DNA of 64,000 nt from a bacterium (GCA_963693055.1 OY843751.1:2784001-2848000), one strand, 5' to 3'. Shown: positions 9,949 through 18,675, counted from the first letter of the stretch. Notes: generated by a model not told the origin, from the letters alone. Program-made: numbers and translations.

Positions 9949-12768
9949 TTATAATTGCGATGTAAAATTAGAGGGGGCCACGCCAAACTGTTTTTTAAAG
10001 CATTTGCGGAAATAATCAACGGTGCCAAAACCCGTGGCAAAGGCTATTTCTGCAATGGTACCGGATTTTGCTTCTAATAATTGTACGGCCCGTTTTAACC
10101 GGACTGATCGAATAAAGGCGCTTGTAGACATGCCGGTAAGGGCGTGCAGTTTGCGGTGCAATTGGGAATGCGACAAGCCAACCTGGCGGCTGTACCATTC
10201 TATATTTATGTTTTCATTCTCTATATTATTTTGAATGATGTTAATGGCGCGTTGTAGAAATTGCTCATCAGCGGATGTGACGGCTATTTCTGTAATGGAT
10301 GTATTAATATTGTTTGAGAACCGCTGGCGTAGCAAGCGTCGTTGCTCAATCAGGTTATGGCTGCGGGTCATTAATTCAGCCGCGTTGAATGGTTTGACCA
10401 GGTAATCGTCCGCGCCCAGTTCCAGCCCCTCCAGTTTACTTTCACTGGTTGAGCGCGCTGTCAGTAAAATGACGGGTATGTGGCTGGTCCGCTCGTCTGA
10501 TTTCAACTGTTTACACAGATCAAATCCGTCCATAACCGGCATCATCACGTCGCTAATGACCAGGTCTGGCACATGTTCGGCCGCTTTGGCAAAACCGGAT
10601 TGTCCCTCTGCTGCGGTTATTATTTCAAAATCGTTTTGCAAAATACCGCTAATATATTGACACATGTCATCATTATCTTCCACAATCAGCAGCAGCGGGG
10701 CATTGGCATTCTCCGCTTGCTGTGCTGCCACCTGCAGGGTATGGGACAGTTTAATCAATGGGGTCGGCAATGTTGTTTTGGTCCATATGTTCTTTGTTAT
10801 GTTTGTAGTACCGGCGTCCAGTTCCGAATCCGATAAATGCGCCCGGCCCTTGAACAGTTTTACGGTAAAAACGGACCCCTGGCCCGGGGTGCTTTTTACG
10901 GTCAGGTCGCCGTGGTGCAGCTTTACCAGTTCACGGGTAAGGGCCAGACCGATACCGCTGCCGTACTGGATGCCAGGGGTTTGTTTGGACTGGTAGAACC
11001 GGTCAAATATATGTGGTAAATCTTGCGGTAATATACCGGTCCCCGTGTCTGCAACGGTGATTTCTACCTGATCATTTTCTGTTATGGTAACATCTACATG
11101 TCCACCTGACGGGGTGAATTTGATGGCGTTTGACAGCAGGTTGCTGATGATCTTTTCCATTTTGTCTTTATCAAAATACAAGTGGATACGGCTCGGGGTA
11201 GTATGTAGCGCCAGGTACTGTTGTTTTTCTTTCGCCAGGGCATAAAAAGACTGGCAAATATTATTAACAAACGGGACCAGATCGGCGGGCTGCGCCTGTA
11301 ACGGCATTTTACCTGACTCTAGCCGTGAAATATCCAGCAACTGGTTTACCAGGTGCAGCAACCTGTCGCTGTTGCGCAGCAGCATTTGTAATTTTTGGGG
11401 GTTTTCGCGGTCTTGCGGATGATCAAAGATTTGGCGTGCGGCCCCCATGATCAGGGTAAGGGGGGTGCGAAATTCATGGGATATATTGGCAAAGAACTGC
11501 GATTTCATCCGGTCCAGTTCCTGCCATTTTTCCGTTTCCAATTGATTCAGGGACATGGCATTTTGTAAGCGCTCACTTTGAATGGTAGCTTGCATGGCGT
11601 CTTGCCGGGCCAGTTCTTTTTGCTTGTGGGCATCTATATATTGTTCGGCAATGATCCAGAACAAACTGGCAACAAACAACAAGAAGCCAATATGAATCCA
11701 ACTGATGTTATAATTGTGTATACCGGAATTTTTGTGAATATAATAGGCCAATATTTCAATACTGATGGCGCTAATAGCTGTTATTAATCCGTAAAACAGG
11801 ATTTTGACCTGTTTGCCGCCCTTTTTCAGACTTTTAATGATCAGGTACATAGTGATCATTAATATACTAGCGGTTAGTATGAGAAACGTGTTGTAAATTA
11901 ATTCCAGATTCAATTTAACGGGAAGCAATACAAAAATAAAAATAATAATGCCGTAGAATAATTCTATCTGCCAGAATTTTCTGGAAATAGGTTTATAACG
12001 TGGAATGATGATCTGTTCCGTTAACATGAATGCGCCAACAGGGCCAAGCAAAAGAGAGAACAAGTCCAGTATGAAAAAGGTAAAAGGCGCATTAAACATG
12101 TATTGTAAATACAAGGCATTACTGCCTGTGAATACACCCATACTTAATAGAAATAATGACATGCCCAGTAGCAATTGCCTGCCGTGTAAAAACAGGTTCA
12201 GACCCAATATGGACAATCCCAGGATTAAAAATAAAGCGGACAGTAACAATTCATCCAGGTTGTGTACAAACAGTCTTTTCATAATATTCATGGTTGAGGC
12301 CAACAGAATAGGGGGCGAAATACCAATACGGTCGCCATTGGACCAGAGCCGTATGTACAGGGTACGTCCGGAAATTTCATCGGGCAGTTGAATGGGGTGC
12401 TGCCGCCAGCCGTGAAAGTGGTCGTCGTTGAGGGATATGAAATTACCAAACTGGTAGACCAGGTCCTGGTCCAGGTAAATCTGGCACTCAGGTCCCATCC
12501 CGACAAAATAGATACCGGGATTTTTGTCCTTCCATTCCGGGATCTGCACTCGCAGCCACATGGCCTTGATGCCGGGCTGGGAAAGCTCGTGCGGTCCGGA
12601 TACTGGCTGCCAATCCTCCGCGTTCAGGCTGTCATGCAGCCAAACCAGGTTGCCGGTACTATCTACCGGCGAGTCGCCAATACGATATTGCCATCCGGTA
12701 TTCAGGTTAAGGTATTGATGGTCGGAGTAGGTGTTGTCTTGGTAACTACAAGAGGTTAGCAACAACAA
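9949..12768 (-). CDS. Hybrid sensor histidine kinase/response regulator with AraC HTH and 7TM input (start uncertain)
   Basis: FFANISHEFRTPLTLI, NLLSNAIKFT, DTGTGI, GSGIGL, receiver SDVMMP.MDG, AraC C-terminus. Confidence 0.9.
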   Translation of the reverse strand: MLLLTSCSYQDNTYSDHQYLNLNTGWQYRIGDSPVDSTGNLVWLHDSLNAEDWQPVSGPHELSQPGIKAMWLRVQIPEWKDKNPGIYFVGMGPECQIYLDQDLVYQFGNFISLNDDHFHGWRQHPIQLPDEISGRTLYIRLWSNGDRIGISPPILLASTMNIMKRLFVHNLDELLLSALFLILGLSILGLNLFLHGRQLLLGMSLFLLSMGVFTGSNALYLQYMFNAPFTFFILDLFSLLLGPVGAFMLTEQIIIPRYKPISRKFWQIELFYGIIIFIFVLLPVKLNLELIYNTFLILTASILMITMYLIIKSLKKGGKQVKILFYGLITAISAISIEILAYYIHKNSGIHNYNISWIHIGFLLFVASLFWIIAEQYIDAHKQKELARQDAMQATIQSERLQNAMSLNQLETEKWQELDRMKSQFFANISHEFRTPLTLIMGAARQIFDHPQDRENPQKLQMLLRNSDRLLHLVNQLLDISRLESGKMPLQAQPADLVPFVNNICQSFYALAKEKQQYLALHTTPSRIHLYFDKDKMEKIISNLLSNAIKFTPSGGHVDVTITENDQVEITVADTGTGILPQDLPHIFDRFYQSKQTPGIQYGSGIGLALTRELVKLHHGDLTVKSTPGQGSVFTVKLFKGRAHLSDSELDAGTTNITKNIWTKTTLPTPLIKLSHTLQVAAQQAENANAPLLLIVEDNDDMCQYISGILQNDFEIITAAEGQSGFAKAAEHVPDLVISDVMMPVMDGFDLCKQLKSDERTSHIPVILLTARSTSESKLEGLELGADDYLVKPFNAAELMTRSHNLIEQRRLLRQRFSNNINTSITEIAVTSADEQFLQRAINIIQNNIENENINIEWYSRQVGLSHSQLHRKLHALTGMSTSAFIRSVRLKRAVQLLEAKSGTIAEIAFATGFGTVDYFRKCFKKQFGVAPSNFTSQL

Positions 12769-13034
12769 AGTCAGAATTAGGGATATTTTGAATAGCGTGT
12801 TCAGTATTGCTCCGGAATGGTGGGATTGTCTAATTTGCTTTGTAAATTAACAATAAATGTTCAATTTTACAATAACATTTAACGGGTGGTATTTGTACGG
12901 ATAACGACATTTGATTTTTCATGCTTTTTCGCTGTTTTAATAAGGTGGTTAAGGAAGCCGCAGGTCCGCTTACTAGAGCACCGCAGGTCAGCCTCAGGCT
13001 GATCGAATCTTTTTACCCCATCCATAAACTTCAT

Positions 13035-13073
13035 AAAAAAAAAGGTCGGGAATTCAGATTCCAGACCTTTTTA
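13035..13073 (-). terminator. Probable terminator of the CRISPR transcript
   Basis: Minus strand reads AAAAAGGTCTGGAAT-ctga-ATTCCCGACC then a T-tract; lies downstream of the array in its inferred direction. Confidence 0.6.
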
Positions 13074-13291
13074 TGTTTTAACCGCCGTTTGACCCCTATT
13101 TGACCACAATCGTCTATCATATTTAAAAAAGCAGTTGACAAACGACTTAAATGCAACACAAAGCCACCAGGTTTGAATGGAGTGCCGTGTTGAGTTTTAA
13201 AATTTTCAGAATTGAGAATATCAGTAATAAAGTCAAGTATTTTATCTTTGATTAACAGGGAAGCAATTATTGATCCGCCAAAGTAGTTTAT

Positions 13292-14445
13292 ATATCCCAT
13301 CGTATTGAGTAGGTCGTTAATGGAAAACGTTAGACGAACTCGATCTTTCAAAAATGTCAAAGAGCGGGGGAGTTGTCAGTAATCGGTAATCAGTTTTCAG
13401 AACCGCCAAGAGTCCCTATTGTATTCCATGTTTTTGTAGAGCTGACAGCTATAAGCTGATAGCTAACAGCTTGAAGCCAATCCCATCGTATTGATTAGGT
13501 CGTTAATGGCAAATGTGAAACGTTAGACGAACTCAATCTTGCAAAAATGTCAAAGAGCGGGGGAGTTGTCAGTAATTGGTAATCAGTTTTCAGAACCGCC
13601 AAGGACCCTATTGTATTCCATGTTTTTGTAGAGCTGACAGCTATAAGCTGATAGCTAACAGCTTGAAGCCAATCCCATCGTATTAATTAGGTCGTTAATG
13701 GCAAATGTGAAATGTCAGACGTCAGACGATCTGTACCTTTTATCTAAATCCCGAACTTTTCATAAAGCTATCAGTTCTCAACTATCAATTGTCAGTTTTT
13801 TCGTTTCACTTTTGACGTTTCACGTCTCACTTGAAGAATGATGTCCGTTGTGTAGCGATGAATCCTCTAAATACTGACGACTGATCACTGATGACTTGGC
13901 AGCCAATCCCATCGTATTGATTAGGTCTATTTACAGTCGCATTTGACCTGGTGTGCAGATCTCTCTCTCGTTCAGCGTCTCAATCCCATCGTATTGATTA
14001 GGTCGTTAATGGCAAACGTGAAACGTTAGACGAACTCGATCTTGCAAAAATGTCAAAGAGCGGGGGAGTTGTCAGTAATCGGTAATCAGTTTTCAGAACC
14101 GCCAAGAGGCCCTATTGTATTCCATGTTTTTGTAGAGCTGACAGCTATAAGCTGATAGCTAACAGCTTGAAGCCAATCCCATCTTGGTTAATAGGTCTTT
14201 TTCAATATATCTGGTCGCTGGGCTGGTCATTGGGCTGGGCTATGGGCTGTCTCAATCCCATCGTATTGATTAGGTCGTTAATGACAAACGAGAAACGTTA
14301 GACGAACTCGATCTTGCAAAAATGTCAAAGAGCGGGGGAGTTGTCAGTAATCGGTAATCAGTTTTCAGAACCGCCAAGAGGCCCTATTGTATTCCATGTT
14401 TTTGTAGAGCTGACAGCTATAAGCTGATAGCTAACAGCTTGAAGC
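13292..14445. repeat. Five long non-coding inserts inside CRISPR repeats: type 1 at 13292-13477 (186 bp), 13478-13669 (192 bp), 13981-14173 (193 bp), 14253-14445 (193 bp); type 2 at 13670-13903 (234 bp)
   Basis: Near-identical units starting CAATCCCATCGTATTGATTAGGTCGTTAATG and ending GCTAACAGCTTGAAGC (type 2 ends GACTTGGCAGC), each followed by a new CAATCCCATC. Confidence 0.9.
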
Positions 14446-15026
14446 CAATCCCATCTTGGTTAATAGGTCTTTTTCAATGTTCAAAATATTTTTATTTCGA
14501 ATTATCTTTGTGGCTACTTCGTCTCAATCCCATCTTGGTTAATAGGTCTTTTTCAATGTTCAAAATATTTTTATTTCGAATTATCTTTGTGGCTACTTCG
14601 TCTCAATCCCATCTTGGTTAATAGGTCTTTTTCAATATTTTCAAAATTGCCAGCTGGGGTGATGCTAATGGTTATGTCTCAATCCCATCTTGGTTAATAG
14701 GTCTTTTTCAATAAAAATATTGGCATGGGCACTGAAAAAAAACACGTCCAGTCTCAATCCCATCTTGGTTAATAGGTCTTTTTCAATTCTGATACTGCAA
14801 AATGGCAGGTTTTACGTGTAGATACTTCGTCTCAATCCCATCTTGGTTAATAGGTCTTTTTCAATACGTTGAACAGCAGCAAGTCGAATTATTAAAAGAA
14901 ATATTAAAGTCTCAATCCCATCTTGGTTAATAGGTCTTTTTCAATAAATTTAGAAAATGCAAATTTAAGAAATGCAAATTTAGAAAATGGTCTCAATCCC
15001 ATCTTGGTTAATAGGTCTTTTTCAAT
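13292..15026 (-). CRISPR. CRISPR array, 37-bp repeat ATTGAAAAAGACCTATTAACCAAGATGGGATTGAGAC (minus strand), 7 intact repeats plus 3 insert-interrupted repeat positions, 9 spacers of 38-44 bp; no cas genes in the window
   Basis: Identical GTCTCAATCCCATCTTGGTTAATAGGTCTTTTTCAAT at 14521, 14600, 14676, 14751, 14829, 14909, 14990; split repeats at 14249-14478, 13977-14206 and 13292-13936; degenerate end on the left, AT-rich leader on the right. Confidence 0.95.
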
Positions 15027-15330
15027 AGACCCTGTTTTGAGGCCAATATTTTCAAGTACTTACAAGGGTGTTTTAAATAACCTCGATTTTTTGGTAATTC
15101 TAGATCCATATTTTTCTCCTTTCTGTATGTTTTCTGATGACTTAAGCATATGATTTTATTGCAATAATAACACTTTGGATAACCTATACCGCAAAATACG
15201 ACAAAATTTTCGGCACAAGAGTTGCAACGGGGCCATTTATGGTTTTATAAAATTGTTTTTGGCGCATTGTATACGCAAATTATTAATACCTTCGTTATTC
15301 AGGTCTAAAATTGTCAAAGAACGATTTTAT
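15027..15330 (-). promoter_or_regulatory. CRISPR leader with boxA-like antitermination motif
   Basis: AT-rich non-coding flank next to the homogeneous repeats; ATAACCT direct repeats about 100 bp apart; GTTCTTTGACA on the minus strand at 15312-15322. Confidence 0.65.
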
Positions 15331-15956
15331 TTATGTATTATTGTTTATCAAAAACATTGAATCATTTTTTTTAAGAATTCCCCTGGTTAGTACTGCACTG
15401 CAGCGAATTGAATTCTTGTTTTATATTATAAAGATCAGCGAATATGCCCAATATTGGTGATCTGTAGAATCCTTTTTTAAAATCATCCCCCCGGTTTCCA
15501 TTTCTCGACCTGGACACATGTTTTAGTATGAGAAAAGTATTTGTTAAACATCATATCGCCCATGCTATAATATAGTTGTATTATACTTTAATCTGATTTT
15601 TGGTGCCTTTTTTTAAGCACTTTTAAAAATAGACATAACAAAATAATACATATCATTTATATTGAAAATGCAATATACAGGAACCCACTCCATAAATAAA
15701 CCCCTTAATTCTATGAATTTTTTAATATAAAAATTAAATTATATAATCCAAACAATATATTGGTTTTTTTGTCAATATCTATTCACTCGAAAAGATGAGG
15801 GAGGGCTTGATTATTAAAATTATGGTCAGGATTGTATTTTGACCATTATTGGTCAGTGGTCAAATAGTGGTCAAACAAGGTAAAACTGCCTGGATTGTGA
15901 GAAATTTCAAAAATCTCACAAATAAAAACAATACTTTACAGTTAAAGATCATCTAT

Positions 15957-16023
15957 TTTGGGAGCAGGAGGTCGGAAGCTGAAAGACCGCCTATTGGCTG
16001 TTTCGAATCTTCTCGCCCCGACT
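15957..16023 (+). mobile_element. tRNA-Pro(TGG) 3' fragment (island boundary) carrying a 23-nt insertion in the T-arm
   Basis: TTTGGGAGCAGGAGGTCGGAAG[ctgaaagaccgcctattggctgt]TTCGAATCTTCTCGCCCCGACT; direct repeat of the 1557-1598 sequence; TGGTCA arm-site-like repeats at about 15824-15873. Confidence 0.8.
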
Positions 16024-16056
16024 AAAAGCCTGAATTTGAATACGTTCAGGCTTTTT
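16024..16056 (+). terminator. Terminator downstream of the tRNA-Pro fragment
   Basis: AAAAGCCTGAA...TTCAGGCTTTTT. Confidence 0.75.
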
Positions 16057-16092
16057 CAGTAATTAGAGTAATTTATATTGATTGGATTAAAA

Positions 16093-17274
16093 TCAGGAAT
16101 CATAATTTAATTCCGCATCCTGATCATCATTAAAAAGATAATAGCTTAAACCCAGTAATAAATAAGCTTCCTGTCGTATCATGGTTCTGTCATCGTTTAA
16201 TTTAAATTTAAAACTTCCATCTGGTTTTTTATATTCAACAAGTTGAGGAAGGATGGTTTCTGTTATCGCTTCATATTTCTTTTCTCTGGCAAAGGTATAG
16301 ATGAGCATTCCCAGGCTCCACAATCGAGAATTAAATTCTTTATTTTGATATCCCTTTTCATTGTATTCATACCAGGTGTTGCGTTTGTAAAATTTTGAAG
16401 AATGGTTGATAATTTTATTCCAATCTACATTTACATTACCACCATAATCTCTATAATTCCGAATTCCTTCCACAATATAACACATATGCAATAAATCATG
16501 CGGTCTCGGACTGTATGATCCATAATCCCAAAAGATGTTTCCATTGTTATCTTTTTGAGCGTTTTCCATCAAAATATCAATTATATGTTTACTCTTTTTG
16601 TTTAAACAATTTTTCAATTTGTCGTTTTGGGTAATATTGGCAAATCGTTTCATTTGTCCTGCCAGGTAAACAGCAGGATTGTAAGAGTCATAGCCCAAAT
16701 CATTAGGATTAAAAGAGTAACCTGGAATATCCAAAGGGGAATGATTGCAATCATCCAGATAGGGGGTAAAGCATTGAGTCACAATGTCTATTATTTTACG
16801 AGATACAAGTGTATCTGTTTCCAATTCATACCAGTCAAGCAATCCATTCAATGCAAAAGCGGTTGTTATAGTATACTCTTGATGTGGTTGATTGGTTGTT
16901 TGGTCGGCAAACGCGTCCCATGGATCTGCCAGGCCAAAACCGTGTATCCCATTATCATTCAAATCCGAATTGTTTAGTAACCAATGACTGCATACACGAG
17001 CAATTTCTAATGCCAGTGAATCCTGAGTGAATTTATACCGGTTGCATTCCGCGCTCAGTATTAATCCATAAGCCATGGGTCTGTCTTTATTAATTGAATT
17101 AAACACATCCATGCCGCGTCCTGGATACTCTTTATCAAGATTATTAATAATAGTGTTATATGCTTGTAATGCATTAAAAGAAACGGGGTTTTTAAGGGAA
17201 TTATTTTTGAAAATTAAACAAGCAGAAAAGAATAATAATGACAATAAAAAGAACGAAAAAAAGGGTTTTTTCAT
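16093..17274 (-). CDS. Hypothetical lipoprotein, probable (alpha/alpha) toroid fold
   Basis: Long ORF, lipobox FFSAC, helical pattern similar to six-hairpin glycosidase-like proteins. Confidence 0.5.
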   Translation of the reverse strand: MKKPFFSFFLLSLLFFSACLIFKNNSLKNPVSFNALQAYNTIINNLDKEYPGRGMDVFNSINKDRPMAYGLILSAECNRYKFTQDSLALEIARVCSHWLLNNSDLNDNGIHGFGLADPWDAFADQTTNQPHQEYTITTAFALNGLLDWYELETDTLVSRKIIDIVTQCFTPYLDDCNHSPLDIPGYSFNPNDLGYDSYNPAVYLAGQMKRFANITQNDKLKNCLNKKSKHIIDILMENAQKDNNGNIFWDYGSYSPRPHDLLHMCYIVEGIRNYRDYGGNVNVDWNKIINHSSKFYKRNTWYEYNEKGYQNKEFNSRLWSLGMLIYTFAREKKYEAITETILPQLVEYKKPDGSFKFKLNDDRTMIRQEAYLLLGLSYYLFNDDQDAELNYDS

Positions 17275-17536
17275 TTTCCCCCCAGATATATTTCATTAAT
17301 AGTAAATGGCGCAAGAATTTTAGAGCATTATAAATTTTTTAATAGCCCCTGGCATACCATGGTAATTTAAATAAAAAAAATAAAATTTTAATGATTATAG
17401 TAAATTATAACTAATTTATATGTTTAATTCAAGTCTTTTTTTATTATAAATTTCTAATAATGAATGGAATATTCTTAACCCCTTACCAATCTTATACTTG
17501 AAAGTATTGATAAATGTTCAAATTAAAGAATTTATG

Positions 17537-18592
17537 CTAGTAAAGTTTTACTTTAGGTGACTGTACCATTAATGCTTCTATTACCTGGGCAATGAATTGC
17601 GGGTCTTGTGCAAATTTGAGATACGCATGTTCTGAATCAACAGATGTATCCCATATTGTATGCCATCTCAGAAAGCGGTTATCACCGGGATTGTCGGGAG
17701 TCCATTGATCTGCTTTTAAAAATATGCGGGGCGTTCCTGTTGTGTTCAACTCCCAATGTTCTGATGCACCACGTACAGCAAAAAGAGCTGCGGTTTGATC
17801 TGAACTGTGAGAGTCTCCAATTTCAAGGCCCCGTTTAGCAAAAGATATTCGATACGCTTCCCGAACTGGATTGTCAAGAGGAGTGTCGTCCAACCCGGCT
17901 CCGGTTTGTACTTTGGCGCCAACTTTACCGGAAAAGACAATGGGAGTAGGCCAATTTTCAACAACATATTTACCGGATTCGTATGCCGCAGCAATAACCT
18001 GGTTTCCCAAAAGATTCATTTGAGGACGGTAATTTGATGTGTCTGGAGGATCCCAACCACCACCCATCAATACCAGTTGTTTGACTTTATGATTAACGAG
18101 CTGGTATCCATCTTTATCCTGCAGTAAATCACACAGATTAGTTGTCCAGCCAACAGAAAGGATGGTTACGGATTTTTCATCAGCGTTTAATAAGGTTTTT
18201 TTGTAAACATCCAAAGCAGGAGGGACGTCTTTTCTTGATATTTTATCCTTGGGAAATTTTGGATTTAGAGCGATAGACCTGGTATATTCCATTTTTCCAC
18301 CGAACCAACGGGATATAGCATCATCTTTTTTATATGCACCAATAGGGATGTCGGGACGTCCATACCAGGTATTGATTGCATCAATCACTCCAACCCCATA
18401 TTCATCGGAGGTATTGTGCATTACCGCAAGTAAATTACATTCACCATTATCTGATAAAGCATGTAATATACCCAGTGCAGCGGCATCATCAATATCCGAT
18501 TCCATATCGGTTTCAAATATGATATTGATCTGCGCATAAGCTGAAATAGTTAGAAAAAAAATAACATTGATTAAAATCCTAATAATTCGCAT
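17537..18592 (-). CDS. Secreted nucleoside hydrolase-like (IU-NH family) protein
   Basis: IIFETDMESDIDDAAAL, SVGWTTNL, LVLMGG, D.TAAL.AVRG motifs; signal peptide. Confidence 0.75.
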   Translation of the reverse strand: MRIIRILINVIFFLTISAYAQINIIFETDMESDIDDAAALGILHALSDNGECNLLAVMHNTSDEYGVGVIDAINTWYGRPDIPIGAYKKDDAISRWFGGKMEYTRSIALNPKFPKDKISRKDVPPALDVYKKTLLNADEKSVTILSVGWTTNLCDLLQDKDGYQLVNHKVKQLVLMGGGWDPPDTSNYRPQMNLLGNQVIAAAYESGKYVVENWPTPIVFSGKVGAKVQTGAGLDDTPLDNPVREAYRISFAKRGLEIGDSHSSDQTAALFAVRGASEHWELNTTGTPRIFLKADQWTPDNPGDNRFLRWHTIWDTSVDSEHAYLKFAQDPQFIAQVIEALMVQSPKVKLY

Positions 18593-18675
18593 GATAAACC
18601 CTGAATTTAATCCCAAAATCCTTATTCGTAATGTATAAAAATATCACAGGGAGTCAATACGAAAAATGAATTTAA

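Noticed and set aside
13130-13240. Possible small structured RNA (CAACAC...GTGTTG stem) between the array end and the terminator
   Set aside because: Only one modest hairpin and no recognisable family; not enough support.
13031-13360. 109-aa ORF as a small cas or accessory gene
   Set aside because: It starts inside an insert, runs through the terminator hairpin and shows no recognisable motif.
14094-14126. Mini-ORF MEYNRASWRF in the type-1 insert (minus strand)
   Set aside because: No SD, and the frame is broken in the 192-bp copy, so a peptide function is unsupported.
13937-14989. Spacers targeting the prophage or host genes within this window
   Set aside because: No match found by eye; a proper alignment was not possible.
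15287-15307. Weak repeat-like sequence CCTTCGTTATTCAGGTCTA near boxA as a tracrRNA anti-repeat
   Set aside because: Similarity is low and in the same orientation as the repeats; no class 2 effector is nearby.
14439-15360. ORFs 14439-14621, 14923-15153 and 15175-15360
   Set aside because: They are translations of CRISPR repeats, spacers and leader; the pentapeptide stretch is one spacer, not a gene.
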